In this document: positions 24,217-34,595 of the stretch, in pieces
Layout: each line of letters starts with the position of its first letter
Numbering within the stretch: position 1 is the stretch's first letter
NCBI RefSeq assembly: GCF_004010195.1
Contig: NC_057720.1
Location: 33,884,399 to 33,929,954, forward strand
Direction: 5' to 3'
Length of the DNA stretch: 45,556 bases
From: Chiloscyllium plagiosum
Taxonomy: Eukaryota
Notes under the pieces: model-generated
What the model was told of the DNA's origin: nothing
Seen by the model: only the letters and a program-made list of their open reading frames with translations
Databases searched by the model: none
Made by a program: the position numbers and the translations under genes

Positions 24217-25410
24217 TCCAATGTAGTCATCAATGTAGTGGAGGAAGAGATGGGGACTGGTGCCAGTATAGCTACCTATGATGGACTGTTCTTCGTAGCC
24301 AACAAAGAGACAGGCATAGCTGGGGTCCATACGTGTGCACATGGCTACCCCTTTGGTCTGGAGGAAGTGTGAGCGTTCAAAGGAGAAATTGATAATGGTG
24401 AGGACAAGTTCACCCAAATGAATGAGAGTGTCGGTGGAAGGGTACTGTTGGGGATGTCGGAAGAGGAAGAAATGGAGGGCTTGGAGGCCCTGGTCATGGC
24501 GGATGGAGGTGTAGAGGGATTGGATATCCATGGTGAAGATGAGGCATTGGGGGCCGGGGAAACGGAAGTCTTGGAGGAGGTGGATGGCGTGGGTGGTGTC
24601 TCGAACGTATGTGGGTAGTTCCTGGAGTATGGGGGATAGGAAGTTTTACCTGCACATCCACCAATATCATTTATTGTATCTGTTGCTCCCAATGCGGTCT
24701 TCTCTACATTGGGGAGACTGGATGCCTCCTAGCAGAGCGCTTTAGGGAACATCTCCGGGACTCTCACACCAATCAACCACACCGCCCTGTGGCCCAACAT
24801 TTCAACTCCCCCTCCCACGCTGCAGAGGACATGCAAGACCTGGGCCTTCTCCACCGCCGCTCCCTCACCACCAGATGCCTGGAGGAAGAACGCCTCATCT
24901 TCCGCGTCGGAACACTTCAACACCAGGGCATCAATGTGGATTTCACCAGTTTCCTCTTTTCCCCTCCCCCCACCTCACCCCAGATCCAACCTTCCAGCTC
25001 AGCACTGACCCCATGACCTGTCCTACCTGTCTATCTTCCTTTCCAACTATCCGCTCCACCCTCCTCTCTGACCTGTCACCTTCATCCCCACCCCCATTCA
25101 TCCATTTTATTCTTTGCTACCTTCCCCCACCCTCCTCTCTGACCTTTCACCTCCATCCTCATCCTCACCCCCACTCCCCTCCTCCAGCCCACTCCTTTCC
25201 TCCAGCCCCACTCCTCTCCTCCAGCCCCACTCCCCTCCCCATTGTACTCTCTGCTACTTTCTCCCCACCCCCAACCCCCTCTCATTTATCTCTCCACTCT
25301 GCAGGCACCCTGCCTCTATTCCTGATGAAGGGCATTTGCCCGAAACATCGATTTTCCTGCTCCTCGGATGCCTGCCTGACCTGCTGTGCTTTTCCAGCAC
25401 CACTCTAACC
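24217..25410. mobile_element. Penelope-like element with inversion: RT segment on minus (24217-24638); GIY-YIG and pLTR on plus (24639-25410)
   Basis: Minus ORF MDIQSLYTSIRH…QTKGVAM…YIDD; plus ORF NIIYCICCSQCGLLYIGETG…FREH; hammerhead at 25322-25349. Confidence 0.9.
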
Positions 25411-25918
25411 TAGTTTGGTTGAACTGTCATGTGGGGTTTTGATAGCGTGCATGTATAAAGAATGTTTCTTTTGGTGAGTGAATCAAAAACAAAGTCATCA
25501 CTGGTTAAAAATCCAGAGTTGTTCATTGTTCGAACAGAGATAGGAATTTTCACTTTGAGGATTGTGACACTGTTAAAACTTCGTTCCTGAAAAGGCAACG
25601 CAAGCAGGATTTTTGACTGCTTTTTAAGGTAGAGGTGGACAGATTCATGGTAAGCAAGATGGTGAAACATTATTGGGAGTAGACAGGCAGTTGAGCCATG
25701 ATGTTATTGGGTGGTGCATATTCGATAAGCAGACACAAGGGACTGAGATCCCTACTCCTCCTCTGCCATATGTTTGTATGTCATCTATCGATGATTTTGT
25801 ACATGGTACTTCTTTGGTTTAGTCTTTGGAAAACAATTTCTATGCATTCAGTCCGCGTGTCTATGTTGTTAAAAGTTGCACCTTTACCCGAGTGGTTGAG
25901 TTTTCAAGCTGCAAAAGT

Positions 25919-26020
25919 ATCATTCCTGATGAAGGGCTTTTGCCCGAAACGTCGATTTTACTGCTCCTTGGATGCTGCCTGAACTGCTGTGCTCTTCCAG
26001 CACCACTAATCCAGAATCTG
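25919..26020 (+). mobile_element. Short Penelope pLTR insertion
   Basis: Same terminus as 25318-25410. Confidence 0.8.
25921..25958 (+). ncRNA. Minimal type I hammerhead ribozyme motif (core intact)
   Basis: CTGATGA (25926-25932), GGGC/tttt/GCCC, GAAA (25946-25949), C-GTC (25950-25953). Confidence 0.75.
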
Positions 26021-26780
26021 GGACAAGGTTGGCAGCTTTAACAAGATATCCACAAAGAGTCAACACATGGGCATCACTCAATATCCAATGTAAAGGAGCT
26101 TTGTGTCAGGCAGACAGCACAGTGCAATTACCCATTGAGCGACTGAGGAGAGACGATTTGGTTCCACAGCTCTTATTTCCTCACATATGTCTCTTGGCTG
26201 AGATCTGTGAAGTAATGGTACAGAGCCAGCAATAATGTCAAATGTCTCCTCCAGTGGGCAGATTTTTTTGCACGATGGCTAAGATTTTAAAAATATTTCC
26301 AAGATGCCATCTGTCTCGAATAAAAGGCCCAATATCTGGTTAAGAACAGGAAAATAGGATTGAATGTTATAAGGGTGAATAAACTGTGAATTAGTCAGTT
26401 GAATAGGGTCCTGCTGAGATTGGAAATGTCATATGAAAAGCAAAGTGTTCTTGGATTAAATGGGTATTGCAATCTTGTGTGAGAATTTTCACTGGAAAGA
26501 TGTTTTGCAGTACCGTAACCTGAGGAGGTGAAATAGTTGGATCAAACCCATGCCTGGAGTAGATCAACACGAACCGTGGAAAGATCTGCCTTATTAGGCC
26601 AAATGACCTTCTCTTCAGTGCTCATAGGTATGCAGCTCAACACAGTTGTTTATCTGTGCAACCCAGCAGCTGCATGATTGCCAACAAATTAACATTTAGA
26701 AGAACCGATATCAAAGAAGGAACAGGGATGATTTGAAATAATGATTGCTTTTCTCTTAAGCCTGATATAATGAGGTATAG

Positions 26781-26982
26781 CTGAAAAAATGTGTTGCTGG
26801 AGAAGCGCAGCAGGTCAGGCAGCATCGAAGGAGCAGGGGAATCGATGTTTCGGGCATAAGCCCTTCTTATGCCCGAAACGTCGATTCTCCTGCTCCTTCG
26901 ATGCTGCCTGACCTGTTGCGCTTTTCCAGCAACACATTTTTCAGCTCTGATCTCCAGCATCTGCAGTCCTCACCTTCTCCTA
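26781..26982. mobile_element. Foldback (head-to-head) Penelope pLTR insertion with 14-bp TSD
   Basis: Inverted arms 26779-26860 and 26866-26946; TSD ATAATGAGGTATAG at 26767-26780 and 26983-26996. Confidence 0.92.
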
Positions 26983-27283
26983 ATAATGAGGTATAGTCTG
27001 CTTTTCAGTTTTCCCTTTTCATCCTGCCCCTTACTGAGGAAGGCCAAAGGGTGTTTCCTGGTGGGGACTCCCAGCCTTGAGGTGAAGCCAAGTGTGGACT
27101 CCCTGTTTTAGAAGGACTGTAATGCTGAACTTTTATTTCCTAATTTTTTTCTAATTTATACCTAAGATTTTGTACCTAGGTATGTTAGCACCTCAGATGG
27201 CACTGCAAATAGTGATTTCGTACACATTCTACTGTACTCATGCATTCCTGTACTTGAGTACATGTGACAATAAACCTAATTGT

Positions 27284-27615
27284 GGGTGGCACAGTGGCAC
27301 AGTGGTTAGCACTGCTGCCTTGTAGCGCCAAGAGACCCGGGTTCAATTCTTGCCTCAGGCGACTTTCTATGTGGAGTTTGCACATTCTCCCCGTGGGTTT
27401 CCTCCGGGTGCTCTGGTTTCCTCCCACAGTCCAAAAATGTGCAGGTCAGGTGAATTGGCCATGCTAAATTGCCTGTAGTGTTGGGTGAAGGGGTAAAGAT
27501 AGGAGAATGGGTTTGGGTGGGTTACGCTTCGGCGGGTCGGTGTGGACTTGTTGGGCCGAAGGGCCTATTTTCACACTGTAAGTAATCTAAAGTAATCTAA
27601 AGTAATCTAATCTAA
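27284..27615 (+). mobile_element. HE1 SINE (elasmobranch V-SINE), full length
   Basis: tRNA head GGTGGCACAGTGGCACAGTGGTTAGC…GGGTTCAATTC, V-domain GGAGTTTGCACATTCTCCCCGTG…, CR1-like tail GGGCCGAAGGGCCT…(AATCT)n. Confidence 0.92.
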
Positions 27616-27883
27616 TTCTAATTCTAAATTCTGACTGTCAGTTTCCAAATCAAAGACAGGGTTATTAACAAAACATTCAAAAGAAAGAGGACCTCCTCTA
27701 TTAACACACGCACACACAATTAAAGTAGGTAGGACAGGAGACGAGGTAGGTTATTGAAATAACTGCACAGAGGTTGGTATTCTGTCATCGGCTCACACTT
27801 TACTGACATATGCACAGTACACTGGCTGTGACCAGCCAGCTCGGAGTTAGTCCCTGAAGTCAGCTGGCTCTCTGAATCCCCTG

Positions 27884-28094
27884 GGTGTTTTTTCTTTTTT
27901 AAAAAAAAATTGTCTTTTTTTTACCCCCACGCTTCTGCCTAACTGCGGTAATATTTGTTTTTCCCCAGCACCCATGGTGTGTGTGTGCAGGTGTGAGACA
28001 CAGTGAAAGGCACAAGGTGCACGTATCTTTATTCAAATTTCCACCACCAGGAAAAAAGGAAACACCCGAGTGGCAAGTGACAAGCAGTGCCCTT
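27884..28094 (-). mobile_element. Poly(A) retroelement unit 1 (L1/Tx1-like 3' UTR)
   Basis: Minus strand AAGGGCACTG…AATAAAG…CCATGGGTGCTGGGG…A-rich tail; bounded by AATCCCCTG(TTTAT). Confidence 0.8.
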
Positions 28095-28174
28095 AATCCC
28101 CTGTTTATTATTGTTTTCTTAACATAATAAACCAATAAACTGCAGGAAAATGCACAAGCTTAAAACCATCTAGT

Positions 28175-28373
28175 GTTTTAGGGACGGAGGCAGAACACAG
28201 GAAATTATAAGCCAGTTAGCCCTACCTCAGTGGTTGGTAACATTTTAAAGACCATTATTAAGGATGAGATTGTGGAGCACTTGGAACTACATGATCAAAA
28301 AAGGGCTGACTCAATGTGGTTTTGTCAAGGGGATGTCAAACCCAACAAATCTGTTAGAACTTTTTAAGGAGCT
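28175..28373 (+). mobile_element. CR1 RT N-terminal fragment inside the insertion array
   Basis: GNYKPVSPTSVVGNILKTIIKDEIVEHLE…QCGFVKG…TNLLELF. Confidence 0.8.
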
Positions 28374-28507
28374 TGAAATAACTCCATAAAGGACGGTATC
28401 ACATCACCAAGTCTCCCTTTATCTACACATGCATAGTACTTGACACTGACCCAGCTCCCTCAGAGCCAGCTCTCAGAGTGAACAGCACCTTGGACATTCC
28501 TGTTTAT
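28374..28507 (-). mobile_element. Downstream half (TATA to CA end) of a variant-1 LTR inside the array
   Basis: Homologous to 16264-16390; begins at the target motif CATTCCTGTTTAT (28495-28507) and ends TTATTTCA. Confidence 0.8.
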
Positions 28508-28656
28508 TTTTTAAAAGTTTTTTTAGTGCTTATTCTTTCCCCAGCACCCATGGTGTGAGACACACTGAAAGACACAAGGTGCACGCATCTTTATTCAAAT
28601 TTCCACCACCAGGAAGAAAGGAAACACCCGAGTGGCCAGTGACAAGCAGTGCCCTT
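28508..28656 (-). mobile_element. Poly(A) retroelement unit 2 (small internal deletions)
   Basis: Near-identical to units 1 and 4, with the same 5' boundary. Confidence 0.8.
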
Positions 28657-28670
28657 AATCCCCTGTTTAT

Positions 28671-28901
28671 TTTTTTTTTCTTTTTATTTTTCTTTTTCTC
28701 TGGATGTGGGGAAGCTGGTCCAGGGACTGTCCCCTTACTCTCAGACCCCTTCAAGGAGGAGAGTCCTTGCACGTGCGCGCACACACACACAATCACACTG
28801 ATCCAACTCTCAATAGGAAAACACCCGAGTGGCCAGTGACGAGCAGTGCCCTTCACAAAAAAGGCAATGCTGTGTGATCAAACAGTGAAGGGGAGGGCAG
28901 G
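28671..28901 (-). mobile_element. Related poly(A) retroelement unit 3 (longer 5' side, different 3' end)
   Basis: Shares ACACCCGAGTGGCCAGTGAC…CAGTGCCCTT, extends ~48 nt further 5', and has a long poly(T) at 28671-28697. Confidence 0.75.
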
Positions 28902-28914
28902 CACTTCTGTTTAT

Positions 28915-29100
28915 TTTTTTAAAAATTAACCCCCACACTACCACCTAAATGCGGTAGTGCTCATTTTGCCCCAGCATCCATGGTGTGTGTGTGCAGGTGT
29001 GCGACACAGTGAGAGACACAAGGTACACGCATCTTTATTCAAATTTCCACCACCAGCAAGAAAGGAAACACCCGAGTGGCCAGTGACAAGCAGTGCCCTT
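28915..29100 (-). mobile_element. Poly(A) retroelement unit 4
   Basis: As unit 1; 3' stem-loop CACTACCAC-ctaaat-GCGGTAGTG at 28936-28959. Confidence 0.8.
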
Positions 29101-29107
29101 AATCCCC

Positions 29108-29142
29108 TGTTTATATCTGTCAGCCAGGACTCCCTGATTGGC
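29108..29142 (-). promoter_or_regulatory. LTR core promoter: CCAAT box and TATAAA box
   Basis: CCAAT (reverse complement of 29137-29141) and TATAAA (reverse complement of 29110-29115), immediately upstream of the inserted cassettes in the same orientation. Confidence 0.65.
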
Positions 29143-29645
29143 CCAAGTGAACAAACACAATCAGGGATCGTATAGTCAATCCACTTGGTTCCAATAACCA
29201 CAGTTATAAAAACAAGTTTGGTAAATCTGGAAGTATTTGAAAAAATCAGTTTACCTGAGTTACAACTTCCTGGAAGTCATTGGCCTGTCATACTTTCTTC
29301 AGTGATCTGGCCTCAGTAGTTTACCTTCTTTAGGCAGTGTCAGCTTCCCGGATTTCTAGGTAGTAACTTGGAGACAGAGATGGAGAGTCCAAGGAAGGCT
29401 GCCATCTTCAGCTTGGAGTCCTACTGTCCCTGTAGAGATCAGTTAGCAACTGACCTACAATTCTAGAATCTTATGCTTAAGCAATCCAACAAACTCAGAT
29501 TCCAGTCGTGTTAAAGACAGAAATTTCAGACGCTCAGGCCCTATCTCAATGGGCTAATTGGAAATAAATATCTAAAATACCATTGTGGTTGTCATCCATT
29601 TATGTTCAGGAAAGGCATCTCATATGACTCTTATTTGGAACTGAG

Positions 29646-29688
29646 GATTCTGAAGACGAGTCATATTGCACTCGAAACGTTAACTCTG
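29646..29688 (+). ncRNA. Minimal hammerhead ribozyme motif of a third Penelope-type family
   Basis: CTGAAGA (29650-29656), stem II GAGT/ACTC, GAAA (29674-29677), palindromic AACGTT followed by A. Confidence 0.6.
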
Positions 29689-30129
29689 GGCTGAATCTTG
29701 AATTCTTTTGGCCAAGTCTGAGCTGCATTTAGTCTTTTGGCAAGTTCACTGATGCAAGGTGAAGTAAGTACTCTCACCATATCTTACAAAACTCCCCTTA
29801 TTAATAACCTACCTTGCCTCCATGACCCCTCTCACGCCTGACTTCCACCCATTTTACCACATGCCACTTCTAGAACAAATTGCCACTTAGCTAAAGTGAG
29901 AACTGTTCTTTCACACCCACATGAGTGGGGTTGATAGGGAGCTGCAACAAACTACTATTGACATTGCCAACCCAACAATATATTTGGAGAGATTGCAAAA
30001 TATATGTTCAGGAAGTTGATTTGCGTTTCAACTTGTCTCTGCTCCTATTTTGCATCAATGAAACCATATGATACTAATAGTGTCAAATTAAAGTGGTGGG
30101 AGCACAATATTTAGTTTACGATCACCTCT

Positions 30130-31770
30130 TCTACCTCCTAGCATGTGAAGCAATCCATTTCTTCCAATGAGATCTGTCCAGTGTGTGATCTTCACCATAA
30201 ACTGTTTTCCTGATGGTGTTTTCCTGTTTTCTGGCCATCGCGCAATTGGTCTCTCTTTGAACCCCAATGGCTTGCCTGCCCTTTAAGTAGAACCTTGTGT
30301 GCTCATTAAGTAGAATCCAGCCCAAGACCTCCTATGTGTACTTTCCCCAGGCTAGCCGGATGACATAAACCAAACACCGTACCATATACCTGATTCAAAT
30401 CTACCTGATTCAAGTGCATCTTGTTCTTCCTGTGTATGTTATCAGGGACGTTCAAGCGCCTGCTGGACATGCACAGTGAATTGAGGGGTGCGTAGGTCAG
30501 GTTATTTTATTTTACATTAGGATTAATCCTTGGCACAACATCGTAGGCCCAAGGTCCTGTTCTGTGCTGTACTTTTCTATGTTCTATGTCTCACTGATTA
30601 CTCTACCCACTGTGGCTGACCTGTGATGTATTACACTTCCACATTAATGACACGGTCTCTCCAGTGACCATCCAAGTGTCATCATGAGCAAAGCTGGCAG
30701 AACGCATTTATCTTCTTTTTGTGTGTTTCCACCATCTGCTATGCATTCAAGTTATACAGTGGAGATAGGAGGACAGTAATATTCTAGAGATTAATCTTGC
30801 TGTCTATATTTCATCTTCATTCTCTTCCAGTTGTTGACTTATGAAACTGAACAGAAGGCTGATTGTTGCCTTACCTCCTTTGTTGTGCTAGTTGGTATCA
30901 GTTATTTAATTTGGAAGGCAGGCAAACTTATTACTCTATCATATTATTCTCTCTCATTCACACACCCAGCAGTATTGACAGCATTCTCTCCTGTCTCTGT
31001 TACCTTGGTTCTCTGGGCCCCATTTTGGTAGGTTTTGGTTTTATACTCAGAATATTTTTGCAAAATCTAAGTAGTTGTTCATTTTTGCTAAATCTAGGCC
31101 TCAAATTTTACTGCTTGCTCCAACAAAGCAGTCTCCTCTGCAGTCCCTGTCTCTGACAATGTAGACACTGAATAGAAATCATAGGCAACCTTAATGTACA
31201 GCAACAAAAATCTGAAACCATCTGCCCTGATACAACTTGTAGATTCATCATAAAAAGATTCTAAGAGATGACTATCTGGTATCCTGTAATGTCTCAGAAC
31301 CATCCAGAGAGCTTTTCTGTGAATGACTTGAAATGTTTTTTTTAAAAATCAATAAAGTTATGAACTTTCACTGGTATTCTTAATCTTTTGCAGTAAATCT
31401 TCTCAAGGAGAAAATCTAAACTGAAAACCTACCTGATTCAAATGCATCTTGTTCTTCCTGTGTATGTTATCAGCAGGCTTCATTTTTTTTTCAACAATGA
31501 TGATACAAAATGCTTTTCCAGCTACAAAGTGGACTGTCACTCCTCTCCAGTTATCAAATATCTACTGATCCACCTCTTCAGGGATTTTATAAATTGTGCC
31601 ATTTCTCCCGTTTAAGATATAACTCCTTTTCTCGAACAATTTCAAACAACTTACAAAAGTCATTTGTCACCCTTTCATCTCCAACTTGTAGCATCTTAGT
31701 CTCTATCTATCTGTATCCTGATCAGCTCCAGTCTTTAGTTACTTCCTCCTCACTTCTGACATAAGTCCAT
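30130..31770 (-). mobile_element. Old RTE-clade LINE (RT and C-terminus), interrupted at ~30387-30590
   Basis: KMLQVGDE…CKLFEIV…DNWRGVT…GKAFC…EEQDAFESGR…IFSLRR…FIDF…IHRKALWMVLRHYRIP…SFYDESTSCIR; C-terminal NTIRKTV…DRSHWKK. Confidence 0.85.
30446..30590 (+). mobile_element. Short 5'-truncated CR1/L2 3' end inserted in the RTE
   Basis: GGCACAACATCGTAGGCCCAAGG…CTGTGCTGTACTTTTCTATGTTCTATGT tail. Confidence 0.8.
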
Positions 31771-32346
31771 TGTTTCTTCACTCTTCTCATTACATCTTAA
31801 TGGTCCTGCCAGGTTGAACACTGTCTGGAATGCTCCATCCAACAGTCTGTTCAACTTTCCTCTATGATTAAAATTATACCCATTTGAAAATGTAATAACG
31901 ACTTTTGGATCTTGAGCCATTCTTTGAATATCAAAAGTTATTTTGACTTGTCTTGAATGTTTTCCTGCCCAAAAACCATGAAGAGATCAATCTTAACTTT
32001 CTTTTTTTAAAAAAACTACGTTCTCATGCTTAAATTATACTTAAAAATTGGCACTTTGTTAGACTGACAACATGATCCCACTGATCATTTGATGCCAATG
32101 GATCACAATTTCTGGAAAGTTCTGATTGGCAATAACCAGGAATCAAAAGCTTGCATTATCCTCTCAGAATACACACCCTTTAATTGTAAAGACAATCCAG
32201 TCAAGCCCCAACACAAGGGATTTGCTGGAGAGATGTTTATGCTCACCCAGTTTGGAACAAAGAAAACTGTTGAAGGACATTATGTCTGAGATGGTACAAA
32301 TGGCCTCTACTGCCACCTCCTAAAGTTTTTGATGAGGGTCTGACTG

Positions 32347-32642
32347 TTAGGTTAGATTCCCTACAGTGTGGAGACATGCCTTTCGGCCCAACCAGTCCAC
32401 ACCGACCCTCCGAAGAATAACCCACCCAGACCCATTCCCCTCTGACTAATGCACCTAACATTATGGGCAATTTAGCATAGCCAATTCACCTGACCTGCAC
32501 ATCTTTGGACTGTGGGAGGAAACCCACACAGACACTGGGAGAATGTGCAAACTCCACACAGACAGTCGCCAAGGCTGGGATCGAACCTGGGACCCTGGTG
32601 CTGTGAGGCAGCAGTGCTAACCACTAAGCCACCGTGCCACCC
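32347..32642 (-). mobile_element. HE1 SINE
   Basis: Reverse complement homologous to 27284-27615. Confidence 0.92.
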
Positions 32643-32661
32643 CTAAATATTTAGGTTGGCT

Positions 32662-32966
32662 TTTAGATTAGATTCTCTACGTATGGAAACAGACCCTTCA
32701 GCCCAACAAGTCCACGCTGACCCTCCAAAGAGTGACCCAGATCCATTTCCCATATTTACTTCTGTCTAATGCATCATGCACTATGGACAATTTAGCATGG
32801 CCAATTCACCTGGCCTGCACATTTTCGGATTGTGGGAGGAAACCGGAGCAGTCAGATGAAGCCCATGCAGACACGGGGAGAATGTGCAAACTCCACACAG
32901 GCAGTTGCCCAAGGCTGGAATCAAACCTAGGTCCCTGGTGCTGTGAGGCAGCGGTGCTAACCACAG
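32662..32966 (-). mobile_element. HE1 SINE (older, tandem to the previous copy)
   Basis: Reverse complement homologous to 27284-27615; slightly 5'-truncated. Confidence 0.9.
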
Positions 32967-33444
32967 TTGAGTATCTCAACTGGAAGTCCCAGTTATGCGA
33001 CGGAAACAAAAATAGAAATTGCTGGAGAAACTCAGCAGGTCTGGAACACCTAAGCAGAGATAACGTTCGAGTTCAGAGACACCTCTTCAGAACATTCTTA
33101 CTATACCTAATGACTCAGCCTCAACAGCCACAGTGGTAAAGATTTCCACATATTTATTATTCTCTGAGAGAAGAAATTCCTCCCTACCTATGTCTTAAAA
33201 TAGTGGCTGGTGTCAACGTATTCTCTTTCTCTTCTGTCTTCCTTGTATGCTTGTCTGTGTAGTGAAATAATCCCCAGAGTGAATGCATGAATAAACTATC
33301 CTTTTTTTTTAACCCTTGAGGCAGTTTATGGTGAGTCATTTAAAAGTTTGACTTCTTAAACAGAGAGTTGTTGGGGTTTTAGGGCACAGGATTACGGATT
33401 TTGAATGGGAAAATAAATAAAATTAGTAACATAAATCAGAAGCC

Positions 33445-34555
33445 ATCTCAATGTGGATTTCACCAGTTTCCTCATTTCCCCTCCCCACACCTTATCACAG
33501 TCCTGTGAGAAAGAAAGCTCACAGACTTCAATAATTTCAGTCCGAGACAAAATCTGAATCAGTAGTGTCCTTTATTTTACTCTTGCAAGAGGGTGTGATG
33601 TCCATTGTCTACAAGGCAAGGGACACACATCAAATTCAATTAATACACGATATTTATATAATCTGTTTTTGTTTCATTGCTCCTCCCCTGTTTACATCTT
33701 CCACTTCCCTAAGACCGGCACCCATTACTCCTGTTTATCTCTTGCTTTATCCGGCCTTATCTGTGACAAAATGCTTATTTCTGGCCTCACAAGGCTATTT
33801 GACCTCATCCCGCTATGGGTCATTGTTAGGCATATCCTTTCTTCACCATGATCTACTCCCTCCATCTGTACCTTCCCCTCCCATACTGATCCTTATGACC
33901 CTTTTAATTGGGGTTTGTTCCTGTGTTTCTGTAAAAGTGGGAAACAGATGTTTATACCTACTGTTTATAAAGGCGTATCTAGCTTAACTTCCTCCCCTCA
34001 CAGCATCTCATCTATTCGCCTGTAATATCTACCATTGTTTTGCAGTCACATTTCATTCTTGCATACAAGTTTAGCTAATACAAAAACAATTATGTATTTC
34101 CTCCACATAGTTTCCATTCTTGTTAACTCAGCTCTTGACTAAAACAATTACACACTGGTCTGAGTTCATTTACTTTGTATAAGTAATTAGAATTGCAGAA
34201 GTAACACTACTTTACCTATATCCCACAGTCCCAAGCCTCCAACTCAGCACCGCCCTCTTGACCTGTCCATCTTCCTTCCCACCTATCCGCTTGATCCTCC
34301 TCTCCGACCTTTCACTTTCAACCCCATTTGCATCTACCTATCACATTCTCAGCTACCTCTCTCCCCCCCACCTCAGCCCCACTCCCCTCCAATTTATCTC
34401 TAAGCCCCCATGGCCCACAAGCCTCATTCCTGATGAAGGGGTCATGCCCAAAATGTTGATTCTCTTGTTCCTCGGATGCTGCCTGACCTGCTGTGTTTTT
34501 CCATCACCACACTCTCGACTCTGATCTCCAGCATCTACAATCCTCACTTCCACTT
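33445..34555 (+). mobile_element. Penelope 3'/pLTR fragment split by a solo LTR (33445-33503 and 34228-34555)
   Basis: Collinear with 24930-25410 once 33504-34227 is removed; decayed hammerhead at ~34430-34458. Confidence 0.85.
33504..34227 (-). mobile_element. 724-bp solo LTR (ERV- or Gypsy-type)
   Basis: Minus strand TGTGGG…TCACA; 4-bp TSD GTCC (33500-33503 and 34228-34231); TATATAAA (~33653-33660) followed by AATAAA (~33571-33576). Confidence 0.85.
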
Positions 34556-34595
34556 ACAGAGAGAAGAGAACAATAAAAAGATAACTTAATTTACT

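Larger units (their letters stand above)
27755..29202 (-). mobile_element. Solo LTR (Gypsy-like, variant 2) split by ~1.2 kb of serial insertions at its TATA box
   Basis: Minus-strand TGTGG…ATTTCA termini; 5-bp TSD GTTAT at 27750-27754 and 29203-29207; halves 29101-29202 and 27755-27883; homologous to 16264-16748. Confidence 0.85.

Noticed and set aside
23423..24233. Three ~250-aa ORFs
   Set aside because: Artefacts of reading through the 500-N gap and a stop-free minisatellite.
27875..29114. Repeated 14-mer with intervening sequence resembling a CRISPR array
   Set aside because: Eukaryotic context, intervals of 200-550 bp that are mutually homologous and poly(A)-tailed, no cas genes; explained as target-site duplications.
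29325..29430. Minus-strand segment with good acceptor and donor
   Set aside because: Stops in all three frames; at most a non-coding exon, unsupported.
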